A stretch of DNA of 64,000 nt from an uncultured Chthonomonadaceae bacterium (GTDB lineage Bacteria; Armatimonadota; Chthonomonadetes; Chthonomonadales; Chthonomonadaceae), in contig CAWFQB010000001.1 of NCBI GenBank assembly GCA_963817895.1, positions 1,440,001 through 1,504,000 on the forward strand, read 5' to 3'. Position 1 is the stretch's first letter, and every line of letters starts with the position of its first letter. Below, piece by piece: positions 40,643-50,152 of this stretch. Both the position numbers and the translations under genes were made by a program. Below the pieces are notes generated by a model. That model did not search any database. It worked only from the letters and a program-made list of their open reading frames with translations, and was not told the DNA's origin.

Positions 40643-41548
40643 TTGCCCGCTTCCATTTTTGAAGAGGTAAGCGCATTGGATTCACAACAACCCTCCTCAC
40701 AACCGGAACCTGAGAAGGTCGCCCCTCCCGATATGGCTTCTGCCGACACCGTGTTCTCGCCCCGGAAGACGCCCGCGTCGCGCAGTCGCGCCCGCAAACA
40801 ACCCGCGTCCGCCGCGCCAACGTCTGCCAACGCGCAGCCTGAAATCGAAAATCGAAAATCGAAAATCGAAAATCCCGATGTGGAAGCGGCCCGCCACAAC
40901 GCAAGGGGAGATGCGCGGGACTGCGCGGGGGATTCGGCGCAGGCGCTTGCCAATTATCAGCGGGCGGTGAAATCCAGTCCCCGCAAAGCCGCGCCGCATT
41001 TCAATCTCGGCGAGTTGTACAAACGCTATGGCCGGCTCCATGCCGCCCTGCTGGAATACCGCAAGGCCGTCGAGTTCGCGCCCGACAACGCTTTTTACCG
41101 CTACAAACTTGGCGACTGCTACGCCGCCATCGGTTTTTATGCCCATGCCGCGACCGAACTGGAAACAGCCCGCGATCTGGTTCCGCAGGACGGCTTTTAT
41201 CATTTCTGGTTAGGGGACATCTACGCCCGAGCCGGACGGTTTCAGGACGCCATTACGGAGATGCAGCAGGCCGCGCTGTTTTCGCCCTACGACTCTTATT
41301 ACAACGCACGGCTCGGCATGTTGTACTTGCAGGCGGGGTATCTGCTGGAAGCCGCGGACGCGTTGCGCCAGGCCGTGAATCTCGACCCGGAAAACGCCTC
41401 CTACCACGCCCTTCTTGGCGACGCCTACGTCCGTTTGGGCTACGAGCGCGAAGCCCTGACCCACTACCGCAGCGCAGGCAAACTCGACCCTTACGATACC
41501 GCTTTCGTAGAACGCCTCCGCCGCCTGATTACCAGCGAAAACGCCTGA
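40643..41548 (+). CDS. Tetratricopeptide repeat protein
   Basis: Multiple TPRs; in-frame (GAAAATC)n tract at 40841-40873; start may be TTG 40676. Confidence 0.85.
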   Translation: MPASIFEEVSALDSQQPSSQPEPEKVAPPDMASADTVFSPRKTPASRSRARKQPASAAPTSANAQPEIENRKSKIENPDVEAARHNARGDARDCAGDSAQALANYQRAVKSSPRKAAPHFNLGELYKRYGRLHAALLEYRKAVEFAPDNAFYRYKLGDCYAAIGFYAHAATELETARDLVPQDGFYHFWLGDIYARAGRFQDAITEMQQAALFSPYDSYYNARLGMLYLQAGYLLEAADALRQAVNLDPENASYHALLGDAYVRLGYEREALTHYRSAGKLDPYDTAFVERLRRLITSENA

Positions 41549-41664
41549 GTTGAGAATACTTCACCACAGAGGCGCAGAGACACAGAGGTTTCACAGAGAT
41601 AACGAAACCGAGGAGAGAGGAAGCGTTTGCAGATTGATCGCTTCCAGAATATAACGCAGTGGTG

Positions 41665-43200
41665 TCAGTTTGCGAGGGGAAAAGAGACGGATACGCGCCC
41701 GCCGCCTGTCGGCAGCGTGTCGAAGGTGACTTCGCCTTGCAGGTCGGTGCGGGTTAGATTCAGAACCAATTCCAGGCCGGTGTTTGCGGATTGGGCCGCG
41801 TTGAAATTGGGGGGGAATCCCGGCCCCGAATCGCTTACGGCCAGTGTACAGCGCGCGCCCTCCACCTTCACCTGAATGTCTACCCACTCTCCGCCGTGCT
41901 TCAGGGCGTTGGCGTAGAGTTCTTGCGTAATCAGGGCGAGGGACGTGCTTTGCCCGGTGCGCAAACTGGCGTCATCCAGGCGATAGGTCAGCTCATGCTC
42001 TCCGAACATCTGGCGCAGTTTGGGTAGCAGCGAGGACAGCATACGGCGCGTGGAAACCCGCTGCGCGTTGTTTTGTTCGCGCGCCGTGCCCGTCAGCACG
42101 TCGTGGACAACCGCAAGGCTCTGTATCTGCGCGCTCAAACGCCGCAGTTCCTCGACCGAAACCGTCACGCCCGCTTCCATGACGCGCATGTCTATGAGGG
42201 CGGAGATCATTTGCAGGTTGTTTTTGACGCGGTGGTGCGTTTCGGTCATGGACGTGCGCAGGCGGTCATTGAGTTTTTCGATGGACGCCTGCTTGTCCAG
42301 CAGGATTTTCTCGGCCTGCTTGCGCTCGGTAATGTCCGTGCAGACGCCCACAACGCGCCATGTTTTGCCGGGTTCCAGCGTTTCCACCCGAATGTCTTCG
42401 TGCAGCCAGCGGATGCTGCCATCGCTGCAATAGCACCGGAACTCCTGATCGTAACTCTCGCCCGCCCGTACCGCAGCGGTTCCCAGCACGTCGCACACGT
42501 CCCGATCTTGCGGGTCGCGATTGCGATACCAGGCATTGGGATAATCTTCACCGCGCAGTCGGTCCAGCGGCAGAAAGCGCTGGGCGGCCTCCATATCGGG
42601 AATGGTCAGGTTCCAATCCAGAATACGGGGATTGCCGGTCTCTTTTACCTGCGCATGCCACAGCAGGCAGCGCGCGCCGGACATTACATACGCCCGCTCC
42701 AGTTCCGTTTCGCGCAGACTGGTCAGCAGGTCGCGCTTTTCCGTAATGTCCTGCACGTAGATCACGCGGTACGCCGCGCCGCCGTTCGCGTCCTGCGCCT
42801 GATGAATGTTCAGCGATACGGGGAACGTGGTTCCGTCCCGGCGGGCGTGAACGGTTTCGTACACCCGATGCGAATTGCCAGGTTCCGAGCCGCGCCGTTC
42901 CGTATTGGCGCGTTGAATATCCCGTTCCATCTGTTCGCGCGCTTCGGGCGCGAACACGTCCTGAACCGGCATTCCGATCATCTCCTCAACGGCGTAGCCA
43001 TAGAGTTGGGCGCAGGCGGGATTGACAAGCAGAATGGTTTGATTGTCCGCTCCGGTGATGGCGACGGGCTGGGGGCTGAAATGAAAGGCATCCTGAAATG
43101 CGCCGAATGGAGAGTCGAACAATTTGGTTACGTCCTGTGACGCCTGTTTTTGAGAGTGGGGAGGAATTAGAGCAGAGTGTATCAAAATGGAGTTTGACAT
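41665..43200 (-). CDS. PAS-domain sensor histidine kinase (HisKA_2/HWE type)
   Basis: Two PAS/PAC segments, ETHHRVKNNLQ, ELYANALKHG, DSGPG. Confidence 0.92.
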   Translation of the reverse strand: MSNSILIHSALIPPHSQKQASQDVTKLFDSPFGAFQDAFHFSPQPVAITGADNQTILLVNPACAQLYGYAVEEMIGMPVQDVFAPEAREQMERDIQRANTERRGSEPGNSHRVYETVHARRDGTTFPVSLNIHQAQDANGGAAYRVIYVQDITEKRDLLTSLRETELERAYVMSGARCLLWHAQVKETGNPRILDWNLTIPDMEAAQRFLPLDRLRGEDYPNAWYRNRDPQDRDVCDVLGTAAVRAGESYDQEFRCYCSDGSIRWLHEDIRVETLEPGKTWRVVGVCTDITERKQAEKILLDKQASIEKLNDRLRTSMTETHHRVKNNLQMISALIDMRVMEAGVTVSVEELRRLSAQIQSLAVVHDVLTGTAREQNNAQRVSTRRMLSSLLPKLRQMFGEHELTYRLDDASLRTGQSTSLALITQELYANALKHGGEWVDIQVKVEGARCTLAVSDSGPGFPPNFNAAQSANTGLELVLNLTRTDLQGEVTFDTLPTGGGRVSVSFPLAN

Positions 43201-43337
43201 TGTGGCCTCATTGCAAATACAACATTGATGACGATGAGGCGTCCCGGCTCCAATAGTAATATTGTACCACGACTTTTGGGAATTCAGCCGGTGAATTTTG
43301 TCTGCTGTCTGCTAAACTTCGGAAGGGGGGTGTTCTC

Positions 43338-43760
43338 GTGATTGAAAACGCTTTGCTCAATGACGCGCGATTCGACCCGGTTCAACGCGAACTTCTGGAT
43401 ATTACCTGGCGGATGCTCGAAGCTATCGGCACGGGCGACGCTTCCACGTATGCCGCGCTTTCTTCGCCGGAATTGTCGTGTTTTGAAGATGTGTGCGCGT
43501 ACCGGATTGATGGTTTGGAGTTTCACCTGGCGCTGATCCGGCAGATGGGGCAGAACCCGGACGCGCAGCCGACTCGTTTTGATATTCTTTCGCCCCGCGT
43601 CCAGGTGTACGGCGACCATACGGGCATTGTCACGTACACGCGCCTGATGACTTATGACGAGAACGGGCGACCGAAATGGCGAACTTTCAACGAATCCCGC
43701 GTCTTTATCAAAATTGAAGGAAGTTGGAAAATGGCGCATTTCCACCGTTCGCCAACTTGA
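43338..43760 (+). CDS. NTF2-like / CaMKII association-domain (DUF4440-like) protein
   Basis: AIGTGD...LSCFE...GLEFH...PRVQVYG...ESRVF...WKMAHFHRS. Confidence 0.85.
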   Translation: MIENALLNDARFDPVQRELLDITWRMLEAIGTGDASTYAALSSPELSCFEDVCAYRIDGLEFHLALIRQMGQNPDAQPTRFDILSPRVQVYGDHTGIVTYTRLMTYDENGRPKWRTFNESRVFIKIEGSWKMAHFHRSPT

Positions 43761-43801
43761 TGCCTGTCCTGCATGGCCCTCAATGTATGGCGTTCACTTG
43801 T

Positions 43802-43840
43802 GGACATATCCCTTCTCCCAAAAAAGCCTGGGAGAAGGGG
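43802..43840 (+). repeat. REP-like repeat, degenerate copy
   Basis: GGACA...CCCTTCTCCCA-AAAAAGCC-TGGGAGAAGGG; loop nearly identical to the copy at 59634-59699. Confidence 0.65.
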
Positions 43841-44310
43841 AACTTGTTGGAAGAGGCTCAAAGCAAAAAGGTATGTAGAGACAGCGTCGAAATAGTGGCA
43901 ATGCAGCGCTTCCAGCCCGATGTCTCGATAGTGTATGTGATTTTACAGTGGAGGCGTCGTGACCTCGGTAGCATCAGGGCGAACGGGAGGGGTGGAACAT
44001 TGTGCTGCGCCTCCTTTGCGTTGCAGTAGACATTTGTACTGCGTAGACAGGTTATGTTGGAGGAAAGTTTCCTGTATTTTGCATTGTCCGATTCTTTTTT
44101 GCTGACTTTTGTGGGATGGCTGCTGTGGGCGTCGCGCAAGGAAGAGGAAAAAACATGTATTGCGCTTAAGTTGGGCAGGAGTCTGATTTCTGGTTTGAGA
44201 ATAGTAGGACAGAGTATAGCAAAGGAGAGGTGGTGAGAAAGCGCAGGGGCCAACCGCATGTTTCGAGTGAATGCCCCACTGTGCCGCGATAAGTTGTTCG
44301 CTTGATTGCC

Positions 44311-44483
44311 GCCAACCCCAAGCGCCGGCGCATGACGGTAGAGGTTCGCGCTGACCGATGAGATTGAGAGTGTTCCGCGCAAAGTTGACTTGTCTGGAGG
44401 ACGCGCCTGATTGCGTCAAATTTGCGGCTTGTTTAGCCCTGTAATGAGATTGAACGTGGTTTCAGAGTGAGTGAGCATTAGTT
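44311..44483 (+). promoter_or_regulatory. Putative CRISPR leader
   Basis: Non-coding stretch directly before the repeat, carrying GCCAACCCCAAGCG...GAGGTTCGCG, which resembles the GCGAACC...GGTTCGC motif of leaders associated with ATTGAAAC-type repeats. Confidence 0.55.
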
Positions 44484-44593
44484 GTTGCACCCGGTCGAAA
44501 GGCCGGGTGAGGATTGAAACAGTGAGTGGTACAATAGGATGGGTTACAAACACTATCTTGCACCCAGTCCTATAAATGGGTGAAGATTGAAAC
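44484..44593 (+). CRISPR. Orphan mini CRISPR array: repeat - 36-bp spacer - diverged repeat
   Basis: R1 44484-44520 GTTGCACCCGGTCGAAAGGCCGGGTGAGGATTGAAAC; spacer 44521-44556; R2 44557-44593 CTTGCACCCAGTCCTATAAATGGGTGAAGATTGAAAC (27/37 identical, same length, ATTGAAAC end). Confidence 0.85.
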
Positions 44594-44597
44594 TATC

Positions 44598-45065
44598 ATG
44601 ACTAACGTTACCAATACCATACTGCCCACCGATCAAGAGGTTCGACAGGCGCGGGAGTTTCGCGCCCTGCTTGCTCCCCTGGTTGCGCAGGAGGGAACAG
44701 CGCAGATTCATTTCCACGGCAGCAACAACCAACCGGCGGAATTAACGCTTTCCGCTGCCGTAACGCACGTTTTGCTGAATGTTCTGCAAGAAATGGGCAA
44801 GGGCAACGGTGTCAGCATTACCCCGATTAAGAAAGAGTTTACCACGCAGCAGGCCGCCGATCTTCTCATGGTTTCCCGGCCCTATCTGATTGAGGAACTG
44901 CTCGAAAAAAATGTGCTTCCCTATCACAAAGTCGGCAACCGCCGCCACATTCGCGCCGAAGACCTGTTGCGCTACAAAGAGACGGAAGAGAAAGAAATCG
45001 CCCGACGCGCAAAGGTGATGCAGGAGTTGATGGCGGAAACAGAACGGTTGGGCTTGTACAAGTGA
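44598..45065 (+). CDS. Excisionase-family (HTH_17) DNA-binding protein, antitoxin-like partner of PIN proteins
   Basis: EFTTQQAADLLMVSRPYLI...YHKVGNRRHI...DLLRYK...LGLY. Confidence 0.9.
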   Translation: MTNVTNTILPTDQEVRQAREFRALLAPLVAQEGTAQIHFHGSNNQPAELTLSAAVTHVLLNVLQEMGKGNGVSITPIKKEFTTQQAADLLMVSRPYLIEELLEKNVLPYHKVGNRRHIRAEDLLRYKETEEKEIARRAKVMQELMAETERLGLYK

Positions 45066-45409
45066 TTGCCCTCCTTGATGCCAATGTATTGTATCCTCCG
45101 GGACTGCGCGACCTGCTTATGTGGCTGGCGGTTGTTCTTGCGTATGAGCCGCGCTGGACGGAAGAGATTCACTCCGAATGGATGCGCAACGTCCTCAAAG
45201 ACCGCCCGGAGGTAACTTCCGCGCAACTGCAACGTACGCGCCGCCTGATGGATCAGGTGAACCCTTGATGTCTGGTGAGTGGCTATGAAGCGCGTGTTCC
45301 TGCCCTGACGCTGTCGGACGAAAACGACCGACATGTTTTAGCCGCCGCTATAGAAGCCGGCGCGGAGATTATCGTCACCTTCAACCTGCGCCACTTCCCC
45401 AAAGAATGA
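45062..45409 (+). pseudogene. PIN-domain (VapC-like) toxin with an in-frame TGA at 45266-45268 and a C-terminal truncation
   Basis: LLDANVLYP...LRDLL...WTEEIHSEW; after the TGA the same frame continues DENDRHVLAAAI...IVTFNLRHFPKE*. Confidence 0.85.
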
Positions 45410-45424
45410 AGCACTATATGCTTC

Positions 45425-46199
45425 TCAGATATTCTTTGTTCTCCCCCACAAGGGATTATCTTTGTGCTTCACTACGTAATCGGGGCGGGCGTAGATCGGA
45501 TTCTCACGCAATTTGCGCGTTCCTGACGCATTGGTTGACGTGGTACGGGTTCGTCTCTTCAGCAAAGCCTCTTCGACAACTATCTCAGTCGCCACGGGGG
45601 GCAGGGAACTGTCTTCTGCTGCCTGACGAACCTCCTCAATCGCTTGCCGCGCCAATGCCTCCTCCCGCGACGTAACATAATCCCCTTCCGCGCCTTTGCT
45701 GACCGACCAATCGTGAATCGTCAACTCCGCTGCAAGTATCTCCACAACTTCAAATGGAGTCGCCTGCGCATCATCGAGCGTGGTTGTATCGGCAACGAAT
45801 CGAAAAATGAGAAACCAGCCCGCTTCCCGGTTGTGCGCCTGCCATTGGCCTCGGGACCGCGACGCTTTTACCTCAATCCCAATACCGCGTGGCCGCGCAT
45901 CCTCAGCATTGTCGGCGCGTGACAGCAGATCAGGATAACCGTTGTTATACAGGTTGCGTTTTACAGCAGGGCAGGATTTTGCCACAGCGCGTCAAACTCT
46001 CCCCCACAAAATCGCTGAAAGTGGCCTCTCGCATCAGCGTTTCCAGCCTTCCGTATCCACGCCCAATGCTATGCGCGTTAATGTCCGTAAACATCGCATA
46101 AAAATCGTTTACAGCCGCTTCCACCTGTGCAACAGTAATGGAGTAAGGCAGACGGGCCTCATAGGACAGAAAAGACTTATTTAAACAGGGAGTATTCAA
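45425..46199 (-). CDS. Putative type II PD-(D/E)XK restriction endonuclease (frameshift near 45990)
   Basis: Fragments 45945-46199 and 45425-45985; GYPDL...GIEVKAS motif; divergent from a DNA methyltransferase. Confidence 0.7.
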
Positions 46200-46304
46200 G
46201 TGGCATTTTTCCTACGGGTGACTGCAAGGGTGACTGCTACTTGCTGCAAACGCGAGATTCTGCTATACTGTGCCAACTTTCGTAGAGGCAACAGGGAGCG
46301 GAAC

Positions 46305-47246
46305 GTGGCTTACCAGATTATTCATGCGGATTGTGTAGAGTGGCTGCGGCAGTGTCCGCCCTGTACTTTTCATGCCGTCATCACCGACCCACCCTTTGCG
46401 CTGAAGGAATTTGAAGACCGCGAACTCGAAAAACGCGCTGAAGGTAAGGGCGGCGTCTGGCGTATTCCCCCATCATTCGATGGATGCAAACGCGCGCCCA
46501 TGCCCCGCTTTACCATTCTCACCAGACAAGAACAGCGCGCGCTCAAAACATTCTTTCACGAGTTCGCTTCGGCGCTACTGCCGACACTGGTTCCCGGCGC
46601 GCACATCTTCATTGCCGCTTCGACACAACTATCGCATCTGGTTTTTGACGCGCTCGACAGCGCCGGGTTTGAGCGCCGGGGAGAAATTGTCCGCATGGTG
46701 CGAACCCTGCGCGGCGGCGACCGCCCCAAAAACGCTGAAGAAGAATTCCCAGGCGTGTGCGTGACGCCGCGTTCCTGTTGGGAACCCTGGGGATTGTTCC
46801 GCAAGCCCCTCGAAGGCCGCGTTCAGGATAATTTACGAACATGGAAGACGGGGGGGTTGCGCCGCTGCTCCGAGGCCACGCCGTTTCTGGATGTAATCGC
46901 CAGCGAACGGACACCGGCCCGCGAACGCGCTATTGCCGCGCACCCCTCGCTGAAACCACAATCGTTTCTACGGCAACTGGCATTGGCAGCTCTGCCTTTG
47001 GAAGAGGGTACGATATTAGACCCCTTCTGCGGTTCCGGTTCCACTCTGGCCGCCTGCGAAGCGTTAGGCTATGCCAGCGTAGGCATAGAACGCCGCGAAG
47101 ATTACGCGCAACTGGCGCGAAAGGCTGTTCCCAAACTGGCAAAATTGCCAATGCCCAACACGCCAACCCCATCGGCAAGTACGCGCAGCATAATAAAAGA
47201 CGCGCAAACAACCCTGTTCATGGAAGCCAAAGAGCAATACAAATAG
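46305..47246 (+). CDS. Site-specific N4-cytosine/N6-adenine DNA methyltransferase (beta class)
   Basis: TDPPF precedes HPSLKP and LDPFCGSGST. Confidence 0.92.
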   Translation: MAYQIIHADCVEWLRQCPPCTFHAVITDPPFALKEFEDRELEKRAEGKGGVWRIPPSFDGCKRAPMPRFTILTRQEQRALKTFFHEFASALLPTLVPGAHIFIAASTQLSHLVFDALDSAGFERRGEIVRMVRTLRGGDRPKNAEEEFPGVCVTPRSCWEPWGLFRKPLEGRVQDNLRTWKTGGLRRCSEATPFLDVIASERTPARERAIAAHPSLKPQSFLRQLALAALPLEEGTILDPFCGSGSTLAACEALGYASVGIERREDYAQLARKAVPKLAKLPMPNTPTPSASTRSIIKDAQTTLFMEAKEQYK

Positions 47247-47370
47247 CTTCCTATAGTACACGTCAGCGCAAGCAGACTAAAAAATCAAACCAACAGAAAT
47301 TAACAAATTTATCGATTAAAAATTCGCTTGTGTTGCATCCAGCAGAAATGTCGCGTAAGGAGCGAAACTA

Positions 47371-48401
47371 TCATACGGTTCTTGATGCCGAAGCCCTGTA
47401 TCGTACTTTTTCCTGGCACGCGAACCAGCAACGATCTAATTCTAACGCTGAATGTTCCACCGGCGTAGAGGTAAGGCAATCTTTGACGGATTTGGCGATA
47501 TGCCAGGCAAGCACAGGAGGAACCGCGTTGCCTACCTGTCTTTCGGTTTCCCGCAGTTTCGCGTCAAAGATGAAATCGTCTGGAAACCATTGTATCCGCG
47601 CGGCTTCCCGCATAGATATTCTGCGCGGCAGCGAATAGTGAAATTGAATGTTGCCGTGACACTCCGCGCGAATCGTGTAGCCCGGTTTGTTCGCTTTTAA
47701 GCGGCGGTTTCCCTGCTCGTGGCTTTGCTTGGCGACGCTCCAGATATGGTTGATGCTCTCATCCGCTTCCCTGTGTTCCAAATCCCCGATGGCTTCAAAA
47801 GCGTTCATCCAGGCCATTCTTGACCGTTCGGGTTTTGGCGGCGCGAATTTCCTGACCGAGCGCGAGGTCCCGACGATGAAAATACGCTCCCGGCTTTGAG
47901 GCACTCCGTAATCCGCCGCATGGTACAAATTGTAGGACAAATCGTATCCAAGCGAATTGAAGTCTTTTATAATCTGAGAGAAAGACGATTGGTTATGCCG
48001 CATCAGCAAGCCTTTTACATTTTCCGCTACAAACACTTTCGGCGTGGTTATTCTAATGGCTTCCACCATAGCCGTATACAGACTGCTGCGCTTCCCGCTG
48101 ATGCCCGCCCCTTTCCCGTTGATAGATATATCCTGACAGGGAAACCCGCCAATCAGCACATCCACATTTTGCGGCAGTTCATCTATGGAATCCCAGATGT
48201 TTCCACAGCGAATGTTCGCGTCTATGTTGCGGCGGTAGGTTCGGCAAGCCGCTTCATTGATCTCGTTTGCCCAAATTATGTTGAAAGGATGCTTCTCATA
48301 CTCTCTGCCAAAATACGAAAGCCGCCCCGGAATCCTAAATCCATTCCTCCACACCCGGAAAACAGAGAAACCACAGAATACTCTTCTGCATGTGTCGCCA
48401 T
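47371..48401 (-). CDS. C5-cytosine DNA methyltransferase (frameshift near 48315)
   Basis: Motif I SLFSGCGGMDLGF read in another frame from ATG 48401; then GGFPCQ, AENVKG, PQSRERIFIVG, QVGNAVPP. Confidence 0.9.
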
Positions 48402-48516
48402 TTCTGATACCTGCCTTTAACTTTATGTGTGAACTGTGTCTGCTTGTTTGGGTGTGATTGTAGCACAGGATAGGGAGGGCGTCAACAGGCGCATTTTCCG
48501 TTTTCGTTACTTTTCC

Positions 48517-50133
48517 CTACTCCCTATTTTGCGGCAATCTTAGTCCGCGCGGGATGAGCAGGCGATCCAGAAGCTCGAAACCGGCCTGTACCAGAAGCGC
48601 GAGAACGGCGGCAGGGATGGCTCCCTGCAAAATCAGGTTGTTGTTGTTGATGCTCAGGCCGCTCTGGATGGGTTCGCCCAATCCACCCGACCCGATGAAG
48701 GCCGCGAGGGTTGCCGTGCCGACGTTGATAATCGCGCTGGTTTTGATGCCCGCCAGAATCGAGCGCGCCGCGAGGGGCAGAAACACTTTGCGTAGTTGCG
48801 CGAACGGTTCCAGACCGAGCGCGGCGGCGGACTCGCGGATTGCGGGCGCAATGTCCTGCAAACCCGTCGCGGTGTTGCGGACGATGGGCAGCAGGCTGTA
48901 CAAAAACAGCGCGACAATGGCCGTCGTCGCGCCCTTGCCGAGTATGGGGATAGGAATCAGAAACGCGAGGAGGGCAAGCGAGGGAATCGTCTGCACAACG
49001 CCCGTAATGCCCAAAATCAGCGTACTCAGCGAACCCGGACGGCTTGCCACAATGCCGAGCGGGACGCCGACCAGAATAGCAAGAAAGAGGGAAATGCCCA
49101 CCAGTTTGAGATGTACGCCCGTCAGCCGCAGAATGTAATGCGGCACCGTTTCCGCATCCCGCCTTGCCTGCTGAACCGCGTCTTTGCTGAAGAAACCTGC
49201 CGCCACAATCGCGTAGTCGGATGTTTTCTTAATGTTCTTCGCCTGCGCGTTCAGGCGGATCATGGTTTCCTGATTGATTTTGTCTTCCAGACCGTTCAGG
49301 GCCGCAATCGCGTTTGCAGGCAGGTCCAAGCGATACACGTACAAGGCTTTGTAGCGGGGAAAAAAGTGGAGGTCGTCTTCCAGCACGAGCAGATTGTACG
49401 CGGCGATTTCGGCATCCGTCGTGTAGCACTCCATCAAATCTATCTGGTTGTCCCGTAGTTTGTCGTAACCGATGGAGTGTTCCAGCGCGCTCACTTCGGG
49501 GAAATTCATGCCGTAGCGGGCGCATAAGGCTTTGAAACCGTCCTTGCGATTTAGAAACTCCGCGCTTGGGCCAACCCGCAAATCTTCATGCGCTTTCAAG
49601 TCGCTGATTTTCGTGATACCAAGCTGCTGCGCCCGTTCTTTGCGCATGACAAGGGCGTAGTTATCATCGAATCCCAGGTCGCCCGTCATGCCGATGCCTT
49701 CGGCTTTCAGCGCGGTTCGTAATTGCTCCTCCGTCACCTGCCCTTTGAGTTTGAGGATTTCTTCGCTGATGGTCGCGCTGTATTCCGGGTACGCGCCGAT
49801 CTCGCCGCTTTTCAGTTTGCTCCACACAATGCCCGTCGAGCCAAGCCCTAACTGGTGATGCACATCCTTGAAGCCCGCGTTCTGTAGTTGCCGTTTGGCG
49901 ATTTCGGCCAGCACATACGACTCAGGAAACTTCTTCGACCCCACCGTAATTGTCTGCGCCCCGCCACGTCCTACCGGCAATAGCAGAAACATCGCAATGT
50001 ACAGGATATACAGAGATTTACCACGGATGAAACGGATAGAACGGATGAACACGGATAAGGCTGATACAATTTTGTTGCTATCCGCGTATATCCGATTCAT
50101 CCGTTTCATCCGTGGTACGCATTGGGTTGTCAC
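48517..50133 (-). CDS. Osmoprotectant (glycine betaine) ABC transporter, fused substrate-binding and permease protein
   Basis: VGSKKFPESYVLAE, AYPEYS, YTTDAEI, QTIPSLALL, LLPIVRNT, GGLG. Confidence 0.92.
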   Translation of the reverse strand: MTTQCVPRMKRMNRIYADSNKIVSALSVFIRSIRFIRGKSLYILYIAMFLLLPVGRGGAQTITVGSKKFPESYVLAEIAKRQLQNAGFKDVHHQLGLGSTGIVWSKLKSGEIGAYPEYSATISEEILKLKGQVTEEQLRTALKAEGIGMTGDLGFDDNYALVMRKERAQQLGITKISDLKAHEDLRVGPSAEFLNRKDGFKALCARYGMNFPEVSALEHSIGYDKLRDNQIDLMECYTTDAEIAAYNLLVLEDDLHFFPRYKALYVYRLDLPANAIAALNGLEDKINQETMIRLNAQAKNIKKTSDYAIVAAGFFSKDAVQQARRDAETVPHYILRLTGVHLKLVGISLFLAILVGVPLGIVASRPGSLSTLILGITGVVQTIPSLALLAFLIPIPILGKGATTAIVALFLYSLLPIVRNTATGLQDIAPAIRESAAALGLEPFAQLRKVFLPLAARSILAGIKTSAIINVGTATLAAFIGSGGLGEPIQSGLSINNNNLILQGAIPAAVLALLVQAGFELLDRLLIPRGLRLPQNRE

Positions 50134-50152
50134 CAGATATTCTCCATAGCTT

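Noticed and set aside
43724..44419. ORFs upstream of the CRISPR leader as possible small cas or anti-CRISPR genes
   Set aside because: No recognisable motifs, RBS or protein-like composition; probably non-coding.
44466..44473. Self-targeting of the CRISPR leader by the spacer (AGTGAGTG matches the first 8 nt of the spacer)
   Set aside because: Only 8 nt match, the extension is poor and no convincing PAM is adjacent, so it cannot be supported. No other convincing protospacer was seen in the window by eye.
45266..45268. In-frame TGA in the PIN gene as selenocysteine or readthrough
   Set aside because: The position is not a catalytic Cys site, no SECIS-like hairpin was evident, and the gene is also truncated downstream; a nonsense mutation or sequencing error is more likely.
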